Assembly: GCA_913050095.1 (NCBI GenBank)
Contig: CAJXAV010000005.1
Location: forward strand, 1-57,067
DNA length: 57,067 nucleotides
Direction of reading: 5' to 3'
Source: an uncultured Gammaproteobacteria bacterium
Lineage (GTDB): Bacteria; Pseudomonadota; Gammaproteobacteria; Poriferisulfidales; GCA-002705445
A model generated the notes under the pieces. That model had not been told where the DNA came from. It did no database searches and worked only from the letters and a program-made list of their open reading frames with translations. Numbering within the stretch: the stretch's first letter is position 1; every line of letters begins with the position of its first letter. Below, one piece after another: positions 32,786 to 42,781 of the stretch. A program made the translations under genes and the position numbers.

Positions 32786-33437
32786 AAATAAAATAGATGC
32801 AATGCTTTTTGATTTTGACGGTACTCTTGCAGATACATCCCAAGATATGGTTAATTGTTTGAATATATTATTAAAAAAAAAATCACAAGTTTCCGCTAAC
32901 ATAACAGAAGCAAAAAATTTTATTTCAAAAGGTGCTGGTGGCCTTATCGATTTTTCTATGCCAAACCTTGATAAAGAAGAAAGAAATATTTATATAAAAG
33001 AATATTTAAAAATATATGAAAATAATTTTTTCGTTAAAACACACTTGTTTCATGGTGTCACTGATATTATTGAGTTACTCGTATCAAAAAACTATAAATG
33101 GGGAATAGTTACGAACAAACCTGGTTTTCTTGTTAACCCCATAATTAAAAAATTAGATTTTAAATATCCTCCAGATTGTGTAGTCGCTGGTGACACATTA
33201 AGTGTTAAAAAACCAAATCCTGAGCCCTTATTGCATGCTTCTAAGATGATCTCCTGTAGTCCTTCAGCATGTGTGTATATTGGTGATGATATGCGTGATA
33301 TTGAAGCTGCTAAGGCAGCAAATATGTTTTCCATTGCAGCTTCATATGGATTTATAAAAAATAAAAATACTATAAAAGAATGGGGAAGTGATCTTATAAT
33401 CAATTCCCCATTGGATTTAAAAAAACTTATTCTTTAA
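32778..33437 (+). CDS. HAD phosphatase, phosphoglycolate phosphatase / MupP-like
   Basis: FDFDGTLAD, VTNKP, KKPNPEPL, YIGDD.RDI; conserved ubiG neighbour. Confidence 0.88.
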   Translation: MIKNKIDAMLFDFDGTLADTSQDMVNCLNILLKKKSQVSANITEAKNFISKGAGGLIDFSMPNLDKEERNIYIKEYLKIYENNFFVKTHLFHGVTDIIELLVSKNYKWGIVTNKPGFLVNPIIKKLDFKYPPDCVVAGDTLSVKKPNPEPLLHASKMISCSPSACVYIGDDMRDIEAAKAANMFSIAASYGFIKNKNTIKEWGSDLIINSPLDLKKLIL

Positions 33438-33438
33438 T

Positions 33439-34857
33439 CTAAGATAAATTTAACGCTTGAACGATTTCTTCTGTTGTTTTCTTTGCGTCACCCAATAACA
33501 TCATTGTTTTGTCTCTGAAAAATAAGTCATTATCAACACCAGCATAGCCAGATGCCATTGATCTTTTCAAGAACAAAGTAGTAGCTGCTTTCTCAACATC
33601 TAGAATCGGCATGCCGTATATTGGGCTTTGAGGATCTGTTTTTGCTAATGGATTTGTTACATCATTCGCGCCTATAACAAAGGCTACATCAGCAGTTGCA
33701 AATTCATGATTAATTTCTTCAAGCTCAAAAACTTCATCATATGGAACATTTGCTTCAGCCAATAAAACATTCATGTGACCAGGCATTCTTCCTGCAACAG
33801 GGTGAATAGCGTACCTAACTTCAACTCCTTTTTCTTTAAGAATATCACACATTTCTCTTAATGCGTGTTGTGCTTGCGAAACAGCCATACCATAACCCGG
33901 AACAATAATTACCTTTTGAGCATTGCCCATGATAAATGACGCATCATCTGCACTTCCTTGCTTAACATTACCTTTTGGTTGCGCTGCAGCTGAAGCCACA
34001 TCATCACTATCGCCACCAAAACCACCTAATAAGACACTTACTATTGATCTATTCATGCCTTTACACATGATATAACTAAGAATAGCACCAGAAGAACCTA
34101 CTAGAGCACCTGTGATAATTAAAGCAGTATTTTGCAATGTAAAACCAATACCGCATGCTGCCCAACCAGAATAAGAGTTTAACATTGAAACTACAACTGG
34201 CATGTCAGCTCCACCGATTGGTAGAACAACCAAGAAACCTATAAAGAATGATAACCCTACAATTGCCCAAAAATATTGTTCAGTAGTTGCATTCATTGGA
34301 TCAACTGCTGTCATATATATTAAACCTAAAATACCTAAAAATATTATAAGATTGATTAAATGCTGACCCTTAAATACTAATGGATTTCCACTAACTAAAC
34401 CTTGGAGTTTTGCAAACGCAATAACTGATCCAGAAAATGTTATAGCTCCAATTGCTAAACCTAAACTCATTTCTATCATACTGCCAGTACTTATTATTCC
34501 GCCTTCAAAAAATGCAGCAGGATTTTTATATGCACCAATAGCAACAAAGACAGCTGCTAAACCAACTAAGCTATGAAATGCAGCTACTAATTGTGGAAGT
34601 GCTGTCATGCTAATTTTTCTAGCAAGTACGGATCCGAAAAGACCACCTATTGCAACTGCTATAATTATATTCGTGTAACTTGATAAATCTAAGCCAGATC
34701 CTGCTCCATAAAGAGTAGTTGCTACAGCTATTGTCATTCCAAGCATTCCATAAGTATTTCCTTTTCTAGCTGATACAGGAGAGGAGAGACCTTTTAATGC
34801 TAGGATAAAAAGTACACCAGAAAGAAGATATGCAAAACCAATTATTGTTGTATTCAT
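33439..34857 (-). CDS. pntB: NAD(P) transhydrogenase beta subunit
   Basis: PQLVAAFHSLVG, IGGADMPVV, PGYGMA, HPVAGRMPGHMNVLLAEA. Confidence 0.97.
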   Translation of the reverse strand: MNTTIIGFAYLLSGVLFILALKGLSSPVSARKGNTYGMLGMTIAVATTLYGAGSGLDLSSYTNIIIAVAIGGLFGSVLARKISMTALPQLVAAFHSLVGLAAVFVAIGAYKNPAAFFEGGIISTGSMIEMSLGLAIGAITFSGSVIAFAKLQGLVSGNPLVFKGQHLINLIIFLGILGLIYMTAVDPMNATTEQYFWAIVGLSFFIGFLVVLPIGGADMPVVVSMLNSYSGWAACGIGFTLQNTALIITGALVGSSGAILSYIMCKGMNRSIVSVLLGGFGGDSDDVASAAAQPKGNVKQGSADDASFIMGNAQKVIIVPGYGMAVSQAQHALREMCDILKEKGVEVRYAIHPVAGRMPGHMNVLLAEANVPYDEVFELEEINHEFATADVAFVIGANDVTNPLAKTDPQSPIYGMPILDVEKAATTLFLKRSMASGYAGVDNDLFFRDKTMMLLGDAKKTTEEIVQALNLS

Positions 34858-34871
34858 TTATATTTACCTAT

Positions 34872-35156
34872 TTATTTTTTCTTTTTAAACATTGCTAACA
34901 TTCTTTGTGCAACCATAAAACCGCCAAAAATATTTACGGATGCTAAAAGAACAGCGATTAATCCCATTGTGCTAGATAAATCAATAATACCTTTACTAGC
35001 TACTGCGGCAATAAGGCCTCCAACGATGATTACTGATGATATTGCATTTGTTACAGCTAATAGAGGCGAATGCAATGCAGGAGTAACACCCCATACAACA
35101 TAAAATCCTACAAAAACTGATAATACAAAAATTGAAAACAAACTTAAAAAATCCAT
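34872..35156 (-). CDS. pntAB: NAD(P) transhydrogenase alpha-2 (membrane) subunit
   Basis: VTPALHSPL, TNAISS, NIFGGF...RMLAMF. Confidence 0.93.
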   Translation of the reverse strand: MDFLSLFSIFVLSVFVGFYVVWGVTPALHSPLLAVTNAISSVIIVGGLIAAVASKGIIDLSSTMGLIAVLLASVNIFGGFMVAQRMLAMFKKKK

Positions 35157-36307
35157 TATGAAACTCCTTTAACGATTTCACTTACGATACTGCCATCTTT
35201 AGTAACTAAAGTATTTTTTACTGTCTCATCTTCCCAATCAAGCTCTAATTTTTTTGTTTCACTATTTACATGCGGGGAAAGAAAGTTGAGTAAATTTTTT
35301 GCAAACAAAGTACTTGCGTCTTTTGGTAACTCACCAGGTAAATTATCAAATCCAACAATCTTCACTCCGTCAGCATTAAAAATTTCGTTTCTCTTGGTCA
35401 ACTCGCAGTTACCGCCCATTTCTGCAGCCAAATCAACTACAACTGATCCTGTTCTCATTGAGCTTACCATCTCAGCTGTTACTAATTTTGGAGCGGGTCT
35501 TCCAGGTATTAAAGCAGTTGTAATTACAATATCTTGGTCTTTGATGTGCTTTTTAATAACTTCTTGTTCTTTTTTCTTATATTCTTCAGTCATTTCTTTA
35601 GCATAACCACCAGATGTTTCTGCTTCTTTCATAGCCTCTTCATCTACAATAAGAAATTTTCCGCCTAAACTCTCAACCTGCTCTTTTGTTGCTGCTCTTA
35701 CATCATAAGCTGTAACAATCGCCCCCATTCTTTTTGCGGTTGCAATTGCTTGTAATCCTGCGACACCAACACCCATTATAAAAACTTTTGCTGGAGCTAC
35801 AGTTCCTGCAGCTGTCATCATCATTGGAAATGCGCTATTAAAACTACTTGCTCCTTTAATTACCGCCTGATAACCAGATAAATTTGACTGTGATGATAAT
35901 ACATCCATAGACTGTGCTCTTGTAATTCTTGGCATTAAATCCATTGCAAAAGTTGTTAATGAAGCTTTTGCATATTCTTCGGAATCTTTCTTTGAAACTA
36001 AAGCAGACATATGAGAAAGCACCATAGCATCTTTTTTACACATTGCGATTTCATTTATTTCATCATTTGATGTCATTAAACGCTGTATTTTAAATACTAT
36101 ATCTGCATCACTTAGTGTGGATTTTGTATCAGAAGCAATATTAGCTCCTGAATCTTTAAATATTTCGTCTGTAAAACCAGAATTAATTCCTGCTCCGCTT
36201 TCTACTGTTACATCAAAGCCCATTGCAGTAAATTTTTTAACTACTTCTGGAGAAGCCGCAACTCTTGTCTCTCCAGCCCTGTTTTCTTTTGGAATTGAAA
36301 TTTTCAT
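35156..36307 (-). CDS. pntAA: NAD(P) transhydrogenase alpha-1 (domain I) subunit
   Basis: ETRVAASP, PRITRAQSMDVLSSQ, GVGVAGL, ITTALIPGRPAP. Confidence 0.95.
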   Translation of the reverse strand: MKISIPKENRAGETRVAASPEVVKKFTAMGFDVTVESGAGINSGFTDEIFKDSGANIASDTKSTLSDADIVFKIQRLMTSNDEINEIAMCKKDAMVLSHMSALVSKKDSEEYAKASLTTFAMDLMPRITRAQSMDVLSSQSNLSGYQAVIKGASSFNSAFPMMMTAAGTVAPAKVFIMGVGVAGLQAIATAKRMGAIVTAYDVRAATKEQVESLGGKFLIVDEEAMKEAETSGGYAKEMTEEYKKKEQEVIKKHIKDQDIVITTALIPGRPAPKLVTAEMVSSMRTGSVVVDLAAEMGGNCELTKRNEIFNADGVKIVGFDNLPGELPKDASTLFAKNLLNFLSPHVNSETKKLELDWEDETVKNTLVTKDGSIVSEIVKGVS

Positions 36308-36438
36308 GTTATTACCGTTTGTTTTTAATAATTATTTGAACTGATGGTACGACAATATATTCTAATATTCAGGAATACTCAAGAAAAAATACCCAAAATG
36401 GGCTATAAAATTAGTAAATTTTACAAAAACCTTTCTTT

Positions 36439-37074
36439 TTAATGGATATTTTCCTGATTATATTCTTCTATTTTATCAGTTTCAGCGTTTGTGCTTTTCT
36501 CATCAATTTCAGTTGTTTCTAATAATCCAAGCTGGCGCTTTTCTTGCTCTGTAAGCTCTATTATATCATCTAATTTTGGTAATTGACTTAAAGAAACCAA
36601 GTTATGAGAGTTAAGAAACTCTTTTGTTGTTCCAAAAATTGCTGGCTTACCAGGTACATCTTTGTACCCCAAAATTTTTATCCATTCTCTTTCTAGAAGT
36701 GTTTTTATTATATTACTGCTAACGCTTACTCCTCTTACAGACTCAATTTCTGTTCTAGTAATCGGCTGTTTGTATATTATTAACGCCAATGTTTCCATTA
36801 AGGCTCTAGAGTATTTCTGGGGCTTTTCTGGATAGAACTTAGAAACCCACTCATTACAATCTTCTGACACTTGGAATCTAAATCCTGTTGATACCTTTTT
36901 TAGCATAACCCCGCTATTAATATACTTATCTTGAATTTCATTAATTGACTCTTCAATAATTTTAATAGAAATATTTTCCTCTTCAAAAAAATTTCTAATT
37001 TCTTTTAATGAAATTGGAGAAGAAGATGAAAACAACAGAGCTTCAATAATTTTTTTTATTTCATTTTTTTCCAA
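36439..37074 (-). CDS. scpB: SMC-Scp complex subunit ScpB
   Basis: IEALLF, YSRALMETLALIIYKQPITR.EIE..RGV; TTG start with GAGGT SD. Confidence 0.95.
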   Translation of the reverse strand: MEKNEIKKIIEALLFSSSSPISLKEIRNFFEEENISIKIIEESINEIQDKYINSGVMLKKVSTGFRFQVSEDCNEWVSKFYPEKPQKYSRALMETLALIIYKQPITRTEIESVRGVSVSSNIIKTLLEREWIKILGYKDVPGKPAIFGTTKEFLNSHNLVSLSQLPKLDDIIELTEQEKRQLGLLETTEIDEKSTNAETDKIEEYNQENIH

Positions 37075-37100
37075 AATATCACCTCAAACTTATTTTTTAA

Positions 37101-37913
37101 TTATTTAAGTTTTACAAAAATCGTTGAATTATTATTTGCTTGCACACAATCAATTAATGCAAGCTTAATTAATTCTAAAATCGCAAGAAAAGAAACTATT
37201 AATCCTGATTTTCCTTCTTTAGCATCCAACAATATCTTAAAGTCAATATAATCATCATTATCAAGTACATTTAAAATTTTTGTCATTTTTTCTCTAACTG
37301 ATAAAAATTCTTTCTTTACATCATGAGGGGTTAAAAATTTTGTTTGCTCCATTAATTTATGAAAAACAATTACAAGTTTTTCTAGATCAATTTGCTGATA
37401 TATTTCTTCTTTTTTTACGGTTTCGTATTGAATTTTTTCTATCAAATAAAAATCTCTATCAACTCTTGGTATAGCTTCTATATTATGACTAGCTTTTTTA
37501 TATCTTTCGTACTCCTGAAGCCTTCTTATTAATTCAGCTCTTGGATCATCTTCCTCATCTCCATTTTCATCGATTACTGGTAATAATAATTTTGATTTTA
37601 TTTCTGCTAAAGTCGCAGCCATAAGCATGTATTCTGCAGCTAATTCAAGTTTCAGCTCATGCATGAGATCAATATACTGAATATATTGCTCTGTTATCTT
37701 AGCTATTGGCAACTCGAGAATATCAAGGTTTTGACTCTTTATTAAGTACAGAAGAAGATCTAAAGGCCCCTCAAATGACTCAAGGACGACTTCTAATGCA
37801 TCCGGTGGCAGATACAAATCCTTTGGTATGTTTAAATATGGCTCTCCTTTTACATAAGCTAGAGGGATATTGATTTTTTCTAAATCTTTTGGCTCCTCAG
37901 TTTTAATCACCAT
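37101..37913 (-). CDS. scpA: Segregation and condensation protein ScpA
   Basis: FEGPLDLLLYLI, AAEYMLMAATLAEIKS, FLAILEL. Confidence 0.95.
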   Translation of the reverse strand: MVIKTEEPKDLEKINIPLAYVKGEPYLNIPKDLYLPPDALEVVLESFEGPLDLLLYLIKSQNLDILELPIAKITEQYIQYIDLMHELKLELAAEYMLMAATLAEIKSKLLLPVIDENGDEEDDPRAELIRRLQEYERYKKASHNIEAIPRVDRDFYLIEKIQYETVKKEEIYQQIDLEKLVIVFHKLMEQTKFLTPHDVKKEFLSVREKMTKILNVLDNDDYIDFKILLDAKEGKSGLIVSFLAILELIKLALIDCVQANNNSTIFVKLK

Positions 37914-38001
37914 ATATCCAGAATGTATTAATTGTAGTTAATATATTATATCATCATATAGTGTGAACTTAACACTTTTCTAATTTATTTGAGGTCTTAT
38001 T

Positions 38002-38604
38002 TTGAAAGCATTTATTGATTTTATTCCTGTCTTTTTATTTTTTATTTCATATGTTTTTTATACTGATATACCAATAAGTTACATCAATGATATAAATAAT
38101 ATTTTAAATACTGATTTAAGCGAAAAGAAATCAAGTGGTATATTTTTTGCAACTTTAGTCCTAATGATTACTTATTCACTTCAATTTTTTATTCTTTTCT
38201 TATTCAAGCAAGCAAAAAAAATACATTATGTAACACTAGGAATAATATTAATTGCCGGCTTAAGCACATTGTATTTTAAAAATCCTTTTTTTATTAAGAT
38301 TAAGCCATCAATTGTATACTGGGGTTTTGCGCTTTTTTTCATTTTTAATGAATTTTTTAGAAAAGAAAATATGATAAAAACACTTCTTCAAGAACAAATA
38401 AATCTTGATAAAAGTCAATGGAAGATACTTTCAAATTCATGGATTGTTTTTTTTATAGTGTGTGGCCTATTAAATTTGTACGTAGCAAATTACTATTCCG
38501 AAGAAAAATGGGTTGAGTTTAAATTTTATATTTTAGGAATAGCGCTTCCGATAGCATTCATTATATTAAATGGAATATATGTAGGAATAAATGCAAAAAA
38601 ATAA
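38002..38604 (+). CDS. yciB: Inner membrane protein YciB/IspZ
   Basis: FIDFIP, FIKIKPSIVYW, NLYVA..WVEFK; TTG start with GAGGT SD. Confidence 0.88.
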   Translation: MKAFIDFIPVFLFFISYVFYTDIPISYINDINNILNTDLSEKKSSGIFFATLVLMITYSLQFFILFLFKQAKKIHYVTLGIILIAGLSTLYFKNPFFIKIKPSIVYWGFALFFIFNEFFRKENMIKTLLQEQINLDKSQWKILSNSWIVFFIVCGLLNLYVANYYSEEKWVEFKFYILGIALPIAFIILNGIYVGINAKK

Positions 38605-38615
38605 AATTGAGGAGA

Positions 38616-39332
38616 TTATTCTTCTAAATCAGAAGTAAGATCAGAATCTTTAATATTTCCGTCTGAAATCTCAAATTCTCTTTCCTCGAGATAAGCATCT
38701 CTATATAAAGTATATTTATCTTTAGAGATTTCGCCAGCGATATCTTCTTTGGCTAATAAATTTGATCTTGAATCAACTGTATTCACACCGACCATTATAT
38801 TTCTAAATGACACATCATCAAGCCATGCTAAAGGGTTCAAATACATTGATACAATTCTTCCAGGCATATCTCTTAAACTACTTGATCCTAAAAGAGGTAA
38901 AACTATATATGGGCCAGGTCCGGAGCCAAATTTACCAAGAGTTTGCCCTAAGTCCTCGGGAGCATGTTTAAGCCCAATATAAGAGGCTACATCTATTAAT
39001 CCACCAATACCAACTGTTGAATTAATTGCTAATCTTCCTACAGATGTTGCAAATTGTTGTGACTTACCTTGGAGTAAATTATTTATAGCATTATCAATTT
39101 CATTAAGATTAGAGAAGAAGTTAGTTACACTGTCTTTAATTGGCTCAGGTGTTACTGCTTCATAGCCTTTCGCCAAAGGTTTTAAGAATACTGCGTCGAC
39201 GCCATCGTTAAAAGCAAAAACAGGTTTGTTGACAGCTTGCCATGGGTCAGCCAATGAGTTGCTTGTATATGAAGCGCAACCGCTTAATACTAAAGACATG
39301 AACCCAACAACTAAAATCTTAAAATTCCTCAT
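38616..39332 (-). CDS. mlaA: MlaA/VacJ lipoprotein
   Basis: Lipobox LSGC, DPW..N...FAFN, INSTVGIGGLIDVA, EDLGQTLG, GPYIVLPLLG. Confidence 0.94.
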   Translation of the reverse strand: MRNFKILVVGFMSLVLSGCASYTSNSLADPWQAVNKPVFAFNDGVDAVFLKPLAKGYEAVTPEPIKDSVTNFFSNLNEIDNAINNLLQGKSQQFATSVGRLAINSTVGIGGLIDVASYIGLKHAPEDLGQTLGKFGSGPGPYIVLPLLGSSSLRDMPGRIVSMYLNPLAWLDDVSFRNIMVGVNTVDSRSNLLAKEDIAGEISKDKYTLYRDAYLEEREFEISDGNIKDSDLTSDLEE

Positions 39333-39417
39333 TTCGTCTCCTATATTATTATGCTATGTAAGACTCCTCAATCTTACTTCCTATTATGATATGCCTGATA
39401 GAAAAATAAGTACAGTA

Positions 39418-40629
39418 TTACTTTTTCGACCTATTTTTTAATCTTAACGCATTCAAGGCTATAAATCCTTGAGCATCTTTATGGTTATAAGCACCCTCAT
39501 CATCATCAAAAGTTGCTAAGTTTGAGTTATACAAACTATCATTTTCTGATTTTCTTCCATTTATAATTATATTACCCTTATAGAGAGAGAGCTTAACAAA
39601 ACCATTTACAACTTTTTGAGTTTCATCTATGAGTTTCTGTATATTTTCTCTTTCAGGGCTCCACCAGAAACCGTTATAAATAATATTTGCATACTTTGGC
39701 ATTAATTCAGTTTTCAAATGTGCCACTTCTCTGTCTAATGTTATAGACTCAATTGCTCTTCTAGCTTGTAAAATAATTGTTCCGCCTGGCGTCTCGTAAC
39801 AGCCTCTTGATTTCATTCCTACAAATCTATTTTCAACTATATCTAGTCTACCAATAGCGTGTTTTGCTCCTAAATCGTTCAGAGATTCCAAAATATTTGC
39901 AGGCGACATTTTGTTACCGTTTAATGCAATTGGATCTCCTTGAAAAAATTCAATTTCTAATTCTTCAGCTTCGTCTGGCGCATTTTTTGGTGAAGACGTC
40001 CATCTCCACATATCTTCAGGTGGTGACGACCATGGATTTTCTAACACTTTTCCTTCATAAGATATGTGTAATAAGTTGGCATCCATTGAATATGGTGGTG
40101 TATTTTTTTTATCCATATCTACTGGAATATTATTTGCGGCTGCATAAGATAATAATTTATCTCTTGAATTTAAATCCCACTCTCTCCAAGGCGCAATAAT
40201 ATTTATATTAGGGTTTAATGAATATGCTGCTAGCTCAAATCTGACCTGATCATTTCCCTTGCCAGTTGCTCCATGAGATATTGCATCGGCATCACATTCT
40301 TTTGCAACTTCAATTAATTTTTTTGATATTAAAGGTCTAGCTATAGCAGTTCCTAATAGATACTGCTCTTCATATAGTGTATTTCCTCTGAACATTGGGA
40401 AGATATATTCCTTGGTAAATTCTTCTTTCAAATCATCAAGAAAAATTTGGTTAACACCCAATTCCTTTGCTCTTTTTTTTGCAGAATCTATTTCACCTTT
40501 CTGGCCTAAATCTGCAGTGTATGTTATCACCTCACATTTATAATTCTCTTGAAGCCACTTAACGATAATCGAAGTATCTAAGCCACCAGAATAAGCCAAT
40601 ACTACTTTTTTAATATTATTTTTATTCAT
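39418..40629 (-). CDS. argG: Argininosuccinate synthase
   Basis: [44 protein letters not shown]. Start placed at 40629 (ORF track 40653 overlaps grxD). Confidence 0.97.
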   Translation of the reverse strand: MNKNNIKKVVLAYSGGLDTSIIVKWLQENYKCEVITYTADLGQKGEIDSAKKRAKELGVNQIFLDDLKEEFTKEYIFPMFRGNTLYEEQYLLGTAIARPLISKKLIEVAKECDADAISHGATGKGNDQVRFELAAYSLNPNINIIAPWREWDLNSRDKLLSYAAANNIPVDMDKKNTPPYSMDANLLHISYEGKVLENPWSSPPEDMWRWTSSPKNAPDEAEELEIEFFQGDPIALNGNKMSPANILESLNDLGAKHAIGRLDIVENRFVGMKSRGCYETPGGTIILQARRAIESITLDREVAHLKTELMPKYANIIYNGFWWSPERENIQKLIDETQKVVNGFVKLSLYKGNIIINGRKSENDSLYNSNLATFDDDEGAYNHKDAQGFIALNALRLKNRSKK

Positions 40630-40636
40630 ACTTTTT

Positions 40637-40951
40637 TTAAGAAGTTGCCTCATCTATCATTTTTTTCAATTCTCCTTTTTCATGGAGCTCCAAAGTAATA
40701 TCACATCCGCCAATCAATTCTCCACTAATATAAACTTGTGGAAATGTTGGCCAATCGGCAAATTTCGGGAGATTTTGAAAAATCTCAGGGTCCATCAATA
40801 TATTTACGTATGCAAACTCAACCCCACATTGTTTTAATGCTTCAGCTGTTCTGCTTGAAAAGCCACATTGAGGCATCTGAGGTGTGCCTTTCATATAAAT
40901 AATTACCTTGTTGTTTTCTACCTGCTCTTTTATTCTATCTAAAACATCCAT
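40637..40951 (-). CDS. grxD: Monothiol glutaredoxin Grx4
   Basis: YMKGTP..PQCGFS, WPTFPQ, GGCDI. Confidence 0.96.
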   Translation of the reverse strand: MDVLDRIKEQVENNKVIIYMKGTPQMPQCGFSSRTAEALKQCGVEFAYVNILMDPEIFQNLPKFADWPTFPQVYISGELIGGCDITLELHEKGELKKMIDEATS

Positions 40952-40981
40952 AAAATGATTTCTCCTTAAAAAAACTAAAAA

Positions 40982-42745
40982 TTAGTACAAATTCTTTTGC
41001 AACCATAGCTCGGTTGCTGCAGCATGCCAAAGCTTATTTCCATCAATCGCAGTTTTATGCTCATTTGGTTGCTTTAACAATTTATCTATATAATCTTTAT
41101 TATATAGATTTCTATTATAACATTCACTAGAGTTAAGAATATCATAAACAAAATCATAATATTCACCTCTAATAAACTTTAATGCAGGCATTGGGAAATA
41201 GCCTTTTTTTCTTGAGATAATTTCATTAGGTAGCAGATTATCAGAGATATCTTTTAAAAGTTTTTTTCCATTCCTTTTAAGATGCATATTTGCATCTATA
41301 TTTGAAGATAGCTCAATTAATTTATGATCTAAAAATGGAACCCTTGCTTCCAAACCCCAGGCCATTGTCATATTATCCACCCTTTTTACAGGATCATCTA
41401 CAACCAATGTTGTGATATCAAAATTTAGGACGTTCCTCAATAAACTTTTTGAACCAATATCTTTAAAATTTTTTTCTATCATTTTTAAAGAAAAATCTTC
41501 ATCAAAATTTATATTTAAAAAACTTTTCATCTCATCATTACTTCTATCAAAATAATGTTTTGCAAAATTTTTATGATGATTTTTCTCTAAAGCAATATTT
41601 TGATACCAAAAATATCCAGCAAACGCTTCATCAGCACCCTGGCCAGATAACACCACCTTCACTTCTTTGCTTACCAATTCAGAAAGCATAAAAAAAGCAA
41701 TTGCATCCTGTGCCACCATCGGTTCAGACATAGACTTAAAAGCATCTGGTAATTTATGTAACACGGAATCATTATTAATTATAAATTTTTTATGATTTGT
41801 ATTAAATTTTTCTACTACTTGATCTGAAAAATAAAACTCACTTCCTTTTTCTTCTTGGTCATCATCAAAACCAATACTATACGTTTTTAAATTAGGGAAT
41901 TTATCTTTTGCTAAAGCGACAATTAGACTTGAATCCAAACCACCTGATAATAGAACGCCAACATCTGTATCTGATGCTGACAATCTCTTGTCAATTGATT
42001 CTTTTAAAGTTTTTTTTGTAAGATATAAAGCTTCTTTTTCGTCTGTAATATAATTATTTTTGTTTAAATTATCTAAGCTCCAATATTTTTTAAATAAGAT
42101 TTTTTTATTTTCATCAATGGTCAAATAATGACCTGGTGGTACTTTTTTTATATTCTTAAAAATTGTATTAGGTGCAGGTACTACAGCATGAAGTGTAAAA
42201 TGCATATGTAAAGATTCTGGGTCCAATTGAAGATCAATATCTTTTTTTACAATAATTGATTGCAAGGTTGAGCCAAACCTAAAAAAATTTTTTTCATCAG
42301 CATAATATAAAGGTTTAACGCCAAATCTATCCCTTGCTAAAAAAAGTTTTCTTTCTCTGTTATCCCAAATTGCTATTGCAAAGTCTCCCTCAAATCTACT
42401 CAAAGATTCAGGCCCCCATTCTTTATAAGATTTTAGAACAACTTCTGTGTCACCATTTGTCTTAAACGAGTGTCCAATTTTTATAAGTTCAGCTCTTAAT
42501 TCAATATAATTATATATACAACCATTATAAACCATGCTTAATTCCGCTTCGTCGTCTTCAAATGGTTGATTAGAGGCACTTGATAAATCAATTATTGATA
42601 GCCTTGAATGCCCAAGAATAATATGATCTTTAACGACAAAACCCGAATAATCTGGACCCCTTGACTTTATTTTATCCAAGAGTAATTCAAAATTATCCTT
42701 TGAAGGTTTTTCATTAAAAAGATACTCGCCTACTATTCCGCACAT
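40982..42745 (-). CDS. Asparagine-synthase-family Ntn amidotransferase, most like N-acetylglutaminylglutamine amidotransferase (AsnO)
   Basis: N-terminal MCGI, RGPD, LLSGGLDSS; subfamily-like motifs SEPMVAQD, SGQGADE.FAGY.WY, VDDPVKRVDNMTMAWGLEARVPFLDH. Confidence 0.85.
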   Translation of the reverse strand: MCGIVGEYLFNEKPSKDNFELLLDKIKSRGPDYSGFVVKDHIILGHSRLSIIDLSSASNQPFEDDEAELSMVYNGCIYNYIELRAELIKIGHSFKTNGDTEVVLKSYKEWGPESLSRFEGDFAIAIWDNRERKLFLARDRFGVKPLYYADEKNFFRFGSTLQSIIVKKDIDLQLDPESLHMHFTLHAVVPAPNTIFKNIKKVPPGHYLTIDENKKILFKKYWSLDNLNKNNYITDEKEALYLTKKTLKESIDKRLSASDTDVGVLLSGGLDSSLIVALAKDKFPNLKTYSIGFDDDQEEKGSEFYFSDQVVEKFNTNHKKFIINNDSVLHKLPDAFKSMSEPMVAQDAIAFFMLSELVSKEVKVVLSGQGADEAFAGYFWYQNIALEKNHHKNFAKHYFDRSNDEMKSFLNINFDEDFSLKMIEKNFKDIGSKSLLRNVLNFDITTLVVDDPVKRVDNMTMAWGLEARVPFLDHKLIELSSNIDANMHLKRNGKKLLKDISDNLLPNEIISRKKGYFPMPALKFIRGEYYDFVYDILNSSECYNRNLYNKDYIDKLLKQPNEHKTAIDGNKLWHAAATELWLQKNLY

Positions 42746-42781
42746 TGTATAATTATAACAACATTATTTATAAAAATTCAC

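Noticed and set aside
39358-39377. Hairpin with a GAGGA loop in the mlaA leader as a CsrA site
   Set aside because: The stem is short and the GGA motifs do not fit ANGGA; support is insufficient.
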